A stretch of DNA of 64,000 nucleotides, taken from positions 18,011 through 82,010 of IMG/VR virus record IMGVR_UViG_3300021387_000034; one strand, written 5' to 3'. This stretch comes from a virus. Taxonomy: Duplodnaviria > Caudoviricetes. Below the pieces are notes generated by a model that did not search any database, was not told where the DNA came from, and worked only from the letters and a program-made list of their open reading frames with translations. A program made the position numbers and the translations under genes. This document shows positions 9,742 to 19,063 of this stretch, in pieces (the stretch's first letter is position 1; each line of letters starts with the position of its first letter).

Positions 9742-10178
9742 CAAGGGAAATTGAATTTCGTGGTTTTGATGGTACAAAATGGTACTATGGAAACTTGAAA
9801 TACAACAGAAAGGTTGATGTTGCAATGATTCACGTATACGAGAAAGATGGTTATTATTACCGTCAATACTCCGTTGACCCAGACACTATAGGTCAGTTTA
9901 CGGGTTTGCGTGACAAGAACGGAAAGAAAGTGTTTGAAGGTGACATACTATTGTGGACACGGAAGAATGTCCATATAGAAGGCCGTCAAATACAAGATTT
10001 TTCGGACAAGTGTATAATCTACTATGACAATGATAAGTGTGGTTTTAGATTTAGATGCAAACTTGATTGCGGTTCTTGCGTGGGCAATCTTGATTTTAGT
10101 GATGATAGAGCAAAAGAGTCATACATTGAAGTCATCGGCAACATTTACGACAATCCAGACTTGCTATCATTCAAATAA
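9738..10178 (+). CDS. YopX family protein
   Basis: REIEFRGF, GQFTGLRDKNGKKVFEGDIL, EVIGNIYDNPDLL. Confidence 0.9.
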   Translation: MTREIEFRGFDGTKWYYGNLKYNRKVDVAMIHVYEKDGYYYRQYSVDPDTIGQFTGLRDKNGKKVFEGDILLWTRKNVHIEGRQIQDFSDKCIIYYDNDKCGFRFRCKLDCGSCVGNLDFSDDRAKESYIEVIGNIYDNPDLLSFK

Positions 10179-10236
10179 ACACAATGAACTATTATTAAAC
10201 AAGTAACAAACAAAAATATATTATTTTATTAGATTT

Positions 10237-10815
10237 ATGATTAAGCGAATAGATGAATTTATTGGTCGTGCTTATGAAACGGCTAAGAAACACGGTTTTC
10301 ACGATGAAAAGACGAGTGTTGAGCATCAGTTGATGTTAGTTATTAGTGAAATTTCGGAGGCGGTAGAGGCAGACCGTAAGAATCTTCATGCCAATCTTGA
10401 CGGTTTTGAAATTTGCAAGGACTTGACGTACAATGACCGTTTCAAGAACTATGTGAAAGATAGCGTCGAGGACGAAATGGCTGATGTGTGCATACGAATT
10501 TTCGATATGTGCGGTTATTTCGGTGTCAAGCCTTACCGTTCGATGGAGGAAATTTTAACGTTGCGTGATGATTGGCGACAGGAAATTGGGAAGATGCGTT
10601 TTTCTGAGCAGGCTTATGCGTTGGTACAATTGCTTACTTCGTGGCCACCTACGGAAGTTAATCAAGTTGGTGGTGTATTAAGTCATGTGTTCGGTGCTGC
10701 ATTGTTTTTCATACATTATTGGTCGTTGGAAATGGGCATTGATTTGGCGCGTCATATTGAATTAAAGATGGAATACAACGAATCGCGTGGTTACAAGCAC
10801 GGCAAGAAATATTAG
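10237..10815 (+). CDS. MazG-like NTP pyrophosphohydrolase
   Basis: LVISEISEAVEADRK...EDEMADVCIRIFD; KMEYNESRGYKHGKKY. Confidence 0.75.
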   Translation: MIKRIDEFIGRAYETAKKHGFHDEKTSVEHQLMLVISEISEAVEADRKNLHANLDGFEICKDLTYNDRFKNYVKDSVEDEMADVCIRIFDMCGYFGVKPYRSMEEILTLRDDWRQEIGKMRFSEQAYALVQLLTSWPPTEVNQVGGVLSHVFGAALFFIHYWSLEMGIDLARHIELKMEYNESRGYKHGKKY

Positions 10816-10949
10816 AAAACGTATTTTAAAGCCTTTTAGCGGCATTTTTTCTTTCGGTGTGTAATTTATCCACCAACGGCAAAAAAGGCCGCCTGCGGGC
10901 TTAAAAAGTGACAAAAACAAGATTATTTGATATTAAATAAGATAAGATT

Positions 10950-11156
10950 ATGGGAGAAAAGTATGTAAACACATTCAAGATTAGTATTTCTTACCAAGGT
11001 CGTGCGGTAACAGTTGATTTGCGTAAGATAGTCGCAATAAATCATCCGAAAGTAAACGACAAGTATTTTTGCGTTTATTTCGACAATATGATTTGGAAAG
11101 TGGCGGTTAGTGAACATGACAGCTTGTACAAGTCATGGATGAACGTTGTTGTATGA
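10950..11156 (+). CDS. hypothetical protein
   Basis: ATG ORF in operon. Confidence 0.6.
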   Translation: MGEKYVNTFKISISYQGRAVTVDLRKIVAINHPKVNDKYFCVYFDNMIWKVAVSEHDSLYKSWMNVVV

Positions 11157-11323
11157 AATGCAAGAATTGTTGCTTTTGGAAAGGTATTCGTGGTGACAAG
11201 CATTGTGTTTGCGTGGAAAGCGCGAAGCCGTGTGAATTGGAACGTAACGGACGTAAGAAGAAAGCGCGTAACAAGAAAAAGCTTGAAATGTATGGCAAAG
11301 GTGCTAAGAAAATGCGGTTTTAG
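11153..11323 (+). CDS. small Cys-rich basic protein
   Basis: ATG overlapping upstream stop; CKNCCFW...CVC...C. Confidence 0.5.
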   Translation: MKCKNCCFWKGIRGDKHCVCVESAKPCELERNGRKKKARNKKKLEMYGKGAKKMRF

Positions 11324-11435
11324 CGGATTTAACGGCCAATCGTGGTACACATATCTACTTTTCGGGTGTCTATGGGTACACATCAACAAACATTTCCGTT
11401 GGCCGTTGGTAAGTTTTACGAAATTACCGTTTTGA
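11292..11435 (+). CDS. small hypothetical protein
   Basis: ATG 11292 in ORF 11190-11435, ends just before MTase start. Confidence 0.4.
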   Translation: MAKVLRKCGFSGFNGQSWYTYLLFGCLWVHINKHFRWPLVSFTKLPF

Positions 11436-11437
11436 TT

Positions 11438-12250
11438 ATGATTGAACTCGACAAGATTTACAACATGGACTGCCTCGAAGGTATGAAGATGATTCCGAAT
11501 AGGAGTATCGACTGCATCATCACGGATTTGCCTTATGGGACAACATATTCAGACTTTGACAAAATGCTGCGAAACAACAAAAGAATCCGCCAATACGACA
11601 TTATTTCCATGCCCCTTTTGTGGGAACAATATACGCGAATTATCAAGCCTGATGGTGCTATCTGTTTATTTGCATGTCAACCGTTTACATCTACGCTTGT
11701 GGCTTCCAACGTCGAGTGGTATAAGTATTCGTGGATATGGATAAAGAACAAAGCAGCAAATCATGTCGCCATCAAATACCAGCCGTTAAAGATTACCGAA
11801 GAGATTTGCGTATTCTCTAACGCAGGTGTTAATACAAGAAGTCTCTGCCCCATTAAATACAACCCGCAGGGTGTTATCTGGAATAGACAGACAAAAACAA
11901 GAAAAAATGACATTGTCAAACGTGGTGTGTATAAGTATAATAACCTTAAAGCTGGGATTTACGAGGTTAAAGGAAACAATTATCCTACGAATATGCTTTA
12001 CTACCCTGTTCCTTCTGGCAAAGAGCGAGTCCATCCCACCCAAAAGCCCGTCGAACTCATCCGCTATCTTATTCGGACGTACTCCAATCCTGACGACACC
12101 ATACTTGATTCGTGCATGGGTTCAGGTACAACAGCAATCGCAGCACTGCGTGAAGACAGACATTTTGTCGGCTTTGAGTTGAATAAGGAATACTACGACA
12201 AGGCAAACAAAAGGATAAAGTTAGAACAACAACAATTAAGTTTATTTTAA
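11438..12250 (+). CDS. beta-class N6A/N4C DNA methyltransferase (MTase 1)
   Basis: DLPYG motif IV, HPTQKP, ILDSCMGSGTT motif I; start MIELDKIY. Confidence 0.92.
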   Translation: MIELDKIYNMDCLEGMKMIPNRSIDCIITDLPYGTTYSDFDKMLRNNKRIRQYDIISMPLLWEQYTRIIKPDGAICLFACQPFTSTLVASNVEWYKYSWIWIKNKAANHVAIKYQPLKITEEICVFSNAGVNTRSLCPIKYNPQGVIWNRQTKTRKNDIVKRGVYKYNNLKAGIYEVKGNNYPTNMLYYPVPSGKERVHPTQKPVELIRYLIRTYSNPDDTILDSCMGSGTTAIAALREDRHFVGFELNKEYYDKANKRIKLEQQQLSLF

Positions 12251-12262
12251 AATATTATAATC

Positions 12263-12613
12263 ATGGAAATTCAAGGTAGAGTAATTGCAATTTTAGAGCC
12301 ACAAAGATTCGTTTCGCAAAAGAACGGAAACGAATATGTGACTACCGTGTTTGTCATCGAAACCCCTGGCCAGTATCCTAAGAAAGTGGCCATGAAAGTA
12401 ATGGGTGAGGATAAGTTCAAGCAAATGGGTATCGTTATCGGTGGTACTTATAACGTGTCGTTTGATGTGGAAAGCCGTGAATGGAAAGGTAAATGGTTCA
12501 CAGAAGCGTCGGCTTGGCGTGCGCAACGTATTGATGGTGTTCAACAACAACCTGCTAACAATAATAACGTGAATGAGCAACCGCAAAAAGCAAACGATGA
12601 TGTACCTTTCTAA
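12263..12613 (+). CDS. DUF3127 SSB-like OB-fold protein
   Basis: QYPKKV, FDVESREWKGKWFT, Q/N linker, acidic tail DDVPF. Confidence 0.8.
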   Translation: MEIQGRVIAILEPQRFVSQKNGNEYVTTVFVIETPGQYPKKVAMKVMGEDKFKQMGIVIGGTYNVSFDVESREWKGKWFTEASAWRAQRIDGVQQQPANNNNVNEQPQKANDDVPF

Positions 12614-12639
12614 GCGTATCTAAAGAATACACATCTACT

Positions 12640-12981
12640 ATGGCGAATAAGAAAGCAAGATTGCAAGAACTTTGCCGTGAATATCTTTCACGCTTACGTT
12701 ACATGGGTAAGAAACACGGCATTGATGTTGATGCGATTATCCGTGCCAACAAGAGGCATGAATGCGAGGCAACGGAGAAAGAGGTTTCTATGCTTTCACG
12801 ACTTGTCGATGATGAACGTGTTAGCCGCAAGGATATACCAGAAATTGTCGGCAAGTCATATCGCCAATGTTGTGATGACGGTACGTTTGACAAGATAAAG
12901 ACGTTGAAACGTGTCGGTATTTATTCTAAAGTTAGTGCATTGTTGTATAAAAGCAAAATAAATGAAAGAACCGAGAAGTAA
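12640..12981 (+). CDS. hypothetical protein
   Basis: ATG ORF in operon. Confidence 0.7.
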   Translation: MANKKARLQELCREYLSRLRYMGKKHGIDVDAIIRANKRHECEATEKEVSMLSRLVDDERVSRKDIPEIVGKSYRQCCDDGTFDKIKTLKRVGIYSKVSALLYKSKINERTEK

Positions 12982-13606
12982 TGTTTTTAATGTTGATTGC
13001 GTAGAATATATGCGCACATTGCCAAATAATTATTTCGACCTTTGTATTGCCGACCCCAATTACGGGATAGGCATAGCAGCCAATCCTGTACGGCAAGCGC
13101 ATGAAAGAAAAGACTGGGACAATAAAACACCAGACAAAGAGTTCTTTGATGAACTATTCCGTGTGTCAAGGAATCAGATTATATGGGGCGGTAATTATTT
13201 TGACCTACCACCAACGAAAGGCTTTATCGTGTGGGATAAAAAACAGCCGATAGATTTCACGCTTTCTATGTGCGAATACGCTTGGACGAGTTTTAATAAG
13301 CCTGCAAAGATGTTTAGGGAGCACGTTCCGTCTAATGGAGAGGTAAAAATCCACCCAACGCAGAAAAGCGTAAACTTATATGCTTGGATATTGCGCAACT
13401 ATGCCAAAGACGGTGACTTGATATTTGACCCTATGATGGGTAGCCAGTCGAGCCGTATAGCAGCATACAAGATGGGCTTTGATTATGTAGGGTGCGAGGT
13501 TGAGCCTTTATACTTTAACAAAGGGAACGAACGCTTTAACAAGATATGTAACGGAGTAGTAAAACAATCCGATGGAACTGAAATTAAACAATTAACTTTG
13601 TTTTAG
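12962..13606 (+). CDS. beta-class DNA methyltransferase (MTase 2)
   Basis: DPNYG (variant motif IV), HPTQK, IFDPMMGSQSS. Confidence 0.85.
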   Translation: MKEPRSNVFNVDCVEYMRTLPNNYFDLCIADPNYGIGIAANPVRQAHERKDWDNKTPDKEFFDELFRVSRNQIIWGGNYFDLPPTKGFIVWDKKQPIDFTLSMCEYAWTSFNKPAKMFREHVPSNGEVKIHPTQKSVNLYAWILRNYAKDGDLIFDPMMGSQSSRIAAYKMGFDYVGCEVEPLYFNKGNERFNKICNGVVKQSDGTEIKQLTLF

Positions 13607-13624
13607 TTAAATAACATTAAATTA

Positions 13625-13656
13625 TTTGGAAATATGAAATAAAAGTAGTATCTTTG
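13625..13656 (+). promoter_or_regulatory. Bacteroidetes sigma-A promoter
   Basis: TTTG-N20-TATCTTTG. Confidence 0.8.
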
Positions 13657-13659
13657 CAC

Positions 13660-13904
13660 CAACCTATCAACCATGCGTTGAAAAGGTAACGGTGGCGTAG
13701 TTCCCGAAAGGGTGGTATCTTTTTAGGTATTATTGGTTAATTGCGCCACTTGTTAAGAAAGAATCGTTGATGCGTTGCCTATCACTTTAGACGCAAAAAC
13801 GTAGAGATATAAGTAATTACTATTTTCGCCAAAACGGGTGATAAGAAATTGGAGTGATAGCCAAGAGTATTATCGCCCGTTGGCTTTTAAAACTATCACA
13901 AATT
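13660..13904 (+). ncRNA. structured 5' leader / candidate cis-regulatory RNA
   Basis: two multi-helix domains between promoter and HNH start (see findings). Confidence 0.5.
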
Positions 13905-14309
13905 ATGAAAAAAGAGTATTTAGCGGCACTTGCCAGCCCACAATGGCAAAAGAAACGTCTTGAAATCATGCAAAGAGACAATTTTACTTGCCAATTTTGC
14001 GGTTGTAAGGATAGAACGTTGCACATTCATCACAAAGTGTACGAAAAAGGAAAGAAACCTTGGGAATACGAAGACAAGGATTTGATTACTTTGTGCGATA
14101 GGTGTCACGAATACATAACCGATGAAAAAAACAGTCTTTACGAAAATTTTACCAATGCACGAGATTGTTTTAGAAAGTTTGGTTTTAGTGATTCGATTTT
14201 TAATGCAATTTTGTGTGGCTTTTGTTCTTTTTTCGAAAGCATAAAAGAACAAGAAAAACATTGGAATTTTGATATAACAAAGCAAAAAACATCCATGATG
14301 CTGTTATGA
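13905..14309 (+). CDS. HNH endonuclease
   Basis: WQKKRLEIMQRDNFTCQFCG...LHIHH...LITLCDRCH. Confidence 0.85.
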   Translation: MKKEYLAALASPQWQKKRLEIMQRDNFTCQFCGCKDRTLHIHHKVYEKGKKPWEYEDKDLITLCDRCHEYITDEKNSLYENFTNARDCFRKFGFSDSIFNAILCGFCSFFESIKEQEKHWNFDITKQKTSMMLL

Positions 14310-14451
14310 GCACCCAAAATTATGACGATGTTAAAACCCTCGTTAAATTGGGGATTAAAGAAAAAGAATTGGTGAATTTCAATTATCCTATTTTTCTTGA
14401 AGACTATGATAATGCTAAAATAGATAAAAACGTATCTTTACTTCTTAATGA

Positions 14452-15324
14452 TTGATTGCTAATATGGAAAGAAACGATTATATTACCATCCAATCCTACA
14501 TGGTAACGGAACTTGGATTGAGCGGAAACAATTTGATTATCTATGCCCTTATACATGGTTTTTGTAAAGATGGAATACACGAATTTAAGGGTAGTATAAA
14601 TTATATTTGTGAATGGACTAACCTTACACGAAACACCGTGATAGCTATTCTAAAGCAATTAGTTGAAAGTGAATTACTCGTAAAGAGAACATACAAGGAA
14701 AATAATGTTACTTTTTGCGCTTATTCATTGGGTAGTGCAAAAATTGTACCACCAGTGCAAAATATAGATGAGGGTAGTGCAAAAATTTCACCCAATAATA
14801 ATATAGATAATACTAAATTGAAAAAAGATAAAGAAGAATCTTTATCTAAAAGTGCAAGCGATGTGGAACTTTTTGAAAAATGTTGGATTGAATATAGGAG
14901 AAAAGGGAAAAAGGGCAAATCCTTACCATATTGGAAAAAACTAACTGAAAGTGAGAAGCAAATGGTACTTCCACATATCAAGGCTTATGTAACAAGTCGT
15001 GAATTACAATTCCAACAGGATTTTGAACGATACCTACGCGATAAAACATTTACCACAATCGTATTTTCAAAAAACAAGGTAATATATGACCCTACAAGGT
15101 TAGACAAGAAAGACAAAGCCAATGAGGTATATATGCCGCTAACGGACGGTGCATTATCATGGAGCAACGATTTAAATTGTTATGTTTACGTAGGAATGTA
15201 CTACGGTCATGTTTCCGATGGATATACCGATGAAAACCGTCCTAACGGCGCAAAGGTGTTTCTTGGTAATGGTGGCGGTTATATTGTTTGGAATAGCGAA
15301 ACTAAAACTTGGGATAAGATATGA
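14452..15324 (+). CDS. replication initiator-like HTH protein
   Basis: N-terminal wHTH (GSINYICEWTNLTRNTVIAILKQL), low-complexity linker with DNA repeats, C-terminal FEKCWIEYRRKGKK domain; upstream of primase-helicase. Confidence 0.65.
   Translation: MIANMERNDYITIQSYMVTELGLSGNNLIIYALIHGFCKDGIHEFKGSINYICEWTNLTRNTVIAILKQLVESELLVKRTYKENNVTFCAYSLGSAKIVPPVQNIDEGSAKISPNNNIDNTKLKKDKEESLSKSASDVELFEKCWIEYRRKGKKGKSLPYWKKLTESEKQMVLPHIKAYVTSRELQFQQDFERYLRDKTFTTIVFSKNKVIYDPTRLDKKDKANEVYMPLTDGALSWSNDLNCYVYVGMYYGHVSDGYTDENRPNGAKVFLGNGGGYIVWNSETKTWDKI
14730..14787 (+). repeat. iteron-like direct repeats inside initiator gene
   Basis: GGGTAGTGCAAAAATT at 14730 and 14772; AGTGCAAAA core at 14734, 14754, 14776. 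Confidence 0.6.
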
Positions 15325-16130
15325 TAGAACTCGATAAAATATACAACATGGACTGCCTCGAAGGGATGAAGATGATTCCAGACGGGATGGTGGATGCCAT
15401 CATCTGCGACTTGCCATACGAGGTTCTGCACAAGAACAACCCCAACGCACAATGGGACAGACTCATTCCGATGGAACCGCTATGGGAGCAGTACAAGCGC
15501 GTCATCAAGGACAATGGGGCCATCCTGCTGTTCTGTCAGGGAATGTTCACGGCACAGCTGATGATGTCGCAGCCGAAACTCTGGCGATACAACCTTGTCT
15601 GGGACAAGTGTCGCTCGACAGGCTTCCTCAATGCCAACCGCATGCCGCTGCGCTGTCATGAGGATATCGCCGTGTTCTACAAGTCGCTGCCCGTCTATCA
15701 TCCGCAGATGACCGTCGGCACACCAAGTCATCCGCGTCATCCGCAGGGGAACGGCAAGCACAAGGAAACCAACAACTGCTACGGCAAGTTTAAAAGCGGG
15801 CGAACCTACGACTACGACAAGCAGATACGCAAGGTAGAGCCGACACGGCCTGGCGAGAAGTTTCCCACGAGTATCATTCGCATCAAGAAAGAACATGAAA
15901 CCACCGTGCTCCATCCCACGCAGAAGCCCGTCGAGCTTATCCGCTATCTTATCCGCACTTACAGCGAAACGGGTGGGGTAATTCTCGACAACTGCATGGG
16001 CAGTGGCACGACGGCTATAGCGTGTATTAAAGAAAAGCGTAATTTTGTAGGGTTTGAATTGGATAAGAACTATTACGAGATTGCAAAAAAAAGAATAGAA
16101 AAAGAACAATCACAATTAAGTTTGTTTTAG
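15321..16130 (+). CDS. beta-class DNA methyltransferase (MTase 3)
   Basis: DLPYE, HPTQKPVEL, ILDNCMGSGTT. Confidence 0.92.
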   Translation: MIELDKIYNMDCLEGMKMIPDGMVDAIICDLPYEVLHKNNPNAQWDRLIPMEPLWEQYKRVIKDNGAILLFCQGMFTAQLMMSQPKLWRYNLVWDKCRSTGFLNANRMPLRCHEDIAVFYKSLPVYHPQMTVGTPSHPRHPQGNGKHKETNNCYGKFKSGRTYDYDKQIRKVEPTRPGEKFPTSIIRIKKEHETTVLHPTQKPVELIRYLIRTYSETGGVILDNCMGSGTTAIACIKEKRNFVGFELDKNYYEIAKKRIEKEQSQLSLF

Positions 16131-16134
16131 TAAC

Positions 16135-18294
16135 ATGTACGAAATAGACGAATCGCAAATAAGGCTTTGGTGGAGCGTATTCAACCCACAAAACAAGTTG
16201 GTAGAGATACGCTTGTTAGGAAAGAATACGTATAGTGGGTATTTCAAGGATATTGATACTCTTATTGCCCAAATACGTCCTTTGCTTGACCATAACAACA
16301 TGCAATACTATGGTGCTATGCAAGCGTATTTCACGTTGAACGAAATCAACGAGGATTTGTATAGCCGCGAGCAACACGACGTATTTGTAAAGAAGCCGAA
16401 GTCAACGACCGCCGACGGAGACGTAATACGCAGGCGTTTTGTTCTTGTTGATTTAGACCCGTCGCGTGCGGCAGGGATAAGTGCAAGTGATGCGGAATTT
16501 GAAAAGGCACATTTAAAGGCTGTTGATATTTATAGGTATCTGATAAAAGCAGGTTTTAAAGAGCCGATGATAACAACATCTGGTAATGGCTATCATGTTT
16601 ATCTTCCTTGCGACATGCCAAATGATGATGTTCACACAGAAATAATAAAGCGTTTCTTGAAATCTTTATCAAAGATGTTCTCCGACGAAAACGTTGAAAT
16701 AGACGAAAAAGTCTTCAACCCTGCGAGAATAGATAAACTTATTGGAACATGGGCTAAGAAAGGAAGTGACACACAAGAAAGGAAATGGCGTATTTCGCGC
16801 ATATTGAAAGTTCCGTCAGATATGACTCCCAATGATGCCGCTTTGTTCCAAAAGATAGCGGACTTATTGCCAAAGGAAGAACCAAAGAACGTACCTAATC
16901 AAAATTATAGAAATCAATTAAGTACCAATTTCGATTTACGAACATGGCTAAAAACATATAACATAGAATATAAAGAAACAACGCAAGGTAATAGTACAAA
17001 GTTTGTTTTGCGTCATTGCCCTTGGGAAGATACACATAGCAGTAAAAAGGAATGGGAAAGCGCATTGTTTTTGGCACAAGACGGACAAATCACGTTTTCT
17101 TGTTTCCATAATCATTGTAAATCAAGGACATGGTTTGATTTTCGCCAATTCTATGAACCCGATGCGTATAATAAGCCAGTATATCAAACACAAATGTATG
17201 CACCACGTCAATATGCGCCGCAAAAGCCAAAGTACGAAATAAAGGACGTATTGCCAGAACTTGGAGAAAAGTGGCTTTCCATGTCATCTATACAAAAAGT
17301 GGATTTGTCAAAGTTGGAACATTATGCTACTGGTTTTGCCGAACTCGACAAGAATATAATCGGTCTTTATATGTCCGAAGTAACCATATTATCTGGTAGT
17401 AACGCAAGTGGTAAATCATCGTGGTTGAATACATTATTGCTAAATATAATACAACAAGGCGCAAAGGTTGCGCTATGGTCGGGAGAATTACGGCCAGACA
17501 TTCTTAAAACGTGGGTGCAAATGGTTGCGGCAGGTAAGAATAACCTACGGCAATCAACGTATGATGACGGGAAATATTATGTGCCGAATAATATAGCCGA
17601 ACGTATAGACCAATGGTTAGATGGAAAGTTTTTCTTGTATAACAACGATTACGGTGCAAAATGGCAGCAAATCTTTCACGACATGGAATTACTCTTAAAG
17701 GCTGGTGTAAAAGTGTTTGCTTTGGATAACTTGTTTAGCCTTGATATTGACATTCTTGATGGTGACAAGAACAGTAAACAACGTGAATTGATTTTACAAA
17801 TAAAGGACTTTGCTAAAAAGAACCAAGTCCACATTATATTGGTTGCACACCCGAGGAAAGTGACCACATTCCTTAGAAAGAACGATATAAGCGGAACTTC
17901 GGATTTGCAAAATGCGGTTGATAAAATATTCATAATCCATCGTGTGAATAATGACTTTTTCCGTGCAGGAGCTGAGTTTTTTGGGCAAGGTGAAATCCAA
18001 CGTTTCCAAGGTTTTGGAAATGTTGTTGAAGTGTGTAAAGAAAGACTTTATGGTGTCGTTGACCTTATGGTAGGTATGCAATATGAAATCGAAAGTCGGC
18101 GTTTCAAGAATACGATAGATGAAAATGTACAATATGGTTGGGAATTGCCACCCGCACAAAGCGCGATTTCGTTTGATGATAGGCAAGTGTATAGCCAACC
18201 ACAAGAAAACGCAACACAAGCAAAGGAAACGGCAAATAACGCAAACAACGACATGCCGTTTGAACCTTGCTATGACGATAATGCGCCTTTTTAG
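16135..18294 (+). CDS. primase-helicase fusion (AEP-like primase, Zn module, SF4 helicase)
   Basis: VLVDLDP and SGNGYHVY primase motifs; CPW..H..CFHNHC; Walker A GSNASGKS; HIILVAHPRK. Confidence 0.85.
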   Translation: MYEIDESQIRLWWSVFNPQNKLVEIRLLGKNTYSGYFKDIDTLIAQIRPLLDHNNMQYYGAMQAYFTLNEINEDLYSREQHDVFVKKPKSTTADGDVIRRRFVLVDLDPSRAAGISASDAEFEKAHLKAVDIYRYLIKAGFKEPMITTSGNGYHVYLPCDMPNDDVHTEIIKRFLKSLSKMFSDENVEIDEKVFNPARIDKLIGTWAKKGSDTQERKWRISRILKVPSDMTPNDAALFQKIADLLPKEEPKNVPNQNYRNQLSTNFDLRTWLKTYNIEYKETTQGNSTKFVLRHCPWEDTHSSKKEWESALFLAQDGQITFSCFHNHCKSRTWFDFRQFYEPDAYNKPVYQTQMYAPRQYAPQKPKYEIKDVLPELGEKWLSMSSIQKVDLSKLEHYATGFAELDKNIIGLYMSEVTILSGSNASGKSSWLNTLLLNIIQQGAKVALWSGELRPDILKTWVQMVAAGKNNLRQSTYDDGKYYVPNNIAERIDQWLDGKFFLYNNDYGAKWQQIFHDMELLLKAGVKVFALDNLFSLDIDILDGDKNSKQRELILQIKDFAKKNQVHIILVAHPRKVTTFLRKNDISGTSDLQNAVDKIFIIHRVNNDFFRAGAEFFGQGEIQRFQGFGNVVEVCKERLYGVVDLMVGMQYEIESRRFKNTIDENVQYGWELPPAQSAISFDDRQVYSQPQENATQAKETANNANNDMPFEPCYDDNAPF

Positions 18295-18312
18295 TTAAAA
18301 AAGATATAAAAA

Positions 18313-18344
18313 TTTGGCATATTCAAAACAAAACATTATATTTG
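18313..18344 (+). promoter_or_regulatory. Bacteroidetes sigma-A promoter
   Basis: TTTG-N20-TATATTTG. Confidence 0.8.
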
Positions 18345-18363
18345 CAACAAAATTAAAGAAAAA

Positions 18364-18783
18364 ATGGAGAAACAAAAACTTTACGTAAAAAACGAAAAAG
18401 GTCGTTACGAACCTTACCGTGAACCCGAGCCGCCATTTGACAACGTGCTTTACCGAAAGGTGATGCGTGGAAAGAAAGTCATGTATGAACCACAATCCAT
18501 GTGCATTGACAAAGGGTTAGAGGAAGGCGTTTGGGTAGTCGTAAAGCACATGTACGGCAAATCCTATTCAACGGGTAAGTACCTTAATGATTGTTTCATG
18601 CTTTTAAAGGCGTGTGACATTCAAGAAACGCCACTTTCTCAATTAGGCGGTATGGATAAGTTGGCCGATTGGCTTTGCTTCAATTGGGATAGATTACCAC
18701 AAAATACATCAAGATACGACATTTGCCGTGCTATTGTAGGAATATTATTTGAATACGAAAAAGATAATAAAAATGGAAAGTAG
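18364..18783 (+). CDS. hypothetical protein
   Basis: ATG right after promoter. Confidence 0.75.
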   Translation: MEKQKLYVKNEKGRYEPYREPEPPFDNVLYRKVMRGKKVMYEPQSMCIDKGLEEGVWVVVKHMYGKSYSTGKYLNDCFMLLKACDIQETPLSQLGGMDKLADWLCFNWDRLPQNTSRYDICRAIVGILFEYEKDNKNGK

Positions 18784-19063
18784 TAATGTTGACAAGTTTA
18801 GCGAAATCCTTTGGGAAATGAGCGAAACGTATAAAAAGAAAAATGCTGACTATGGAAATAGTTTTGGCGATACGATAAAAGAGTTCGGTTTTATACCTGC
18901 CGTTGCGCGTATCAACGATAAACTTAACCGTATCAAGAAAATGGTTAAGGGCGAAAAGATGAATATTGAAGAAAGTATGCAAGACAATTTGATTGATATT
19001 GCCGTATATAGTATATTGACAGTTTTAGAATTAGACAATCAAGAAAATGGGAAAAATACATGA
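18773..19063 (+). CDS. DUF1599 (nucleotide-modification-associated domain 1) protein
   Basis: YKKKNADYGNSF...RINDKLNRI...DNLIDIAVYSIL. Confidence 0.75.
   Translation: MESSNVDKFSEILWEMSETYKKKNADYGNSFGDTIKEFGFIPAVARINDKLNRIKKMVKGEKMNIEESMQDNLIDIAVYSILTVLELDNQENGKNT

Noticed and set aside
13660-13905. hammerhead or twister ribozyme, or HEARO/IscB guide RNA
   Set aside because: No CUGAUGA/GAAA core seen; the HNH is short and lacks RuvC motifs, so an OMEGA-type system is unsupported.
15480-16109. 209-aa minus-strand ORF
   Set aside because: Antisense to GC-rich MTase 3, where stops are rare.
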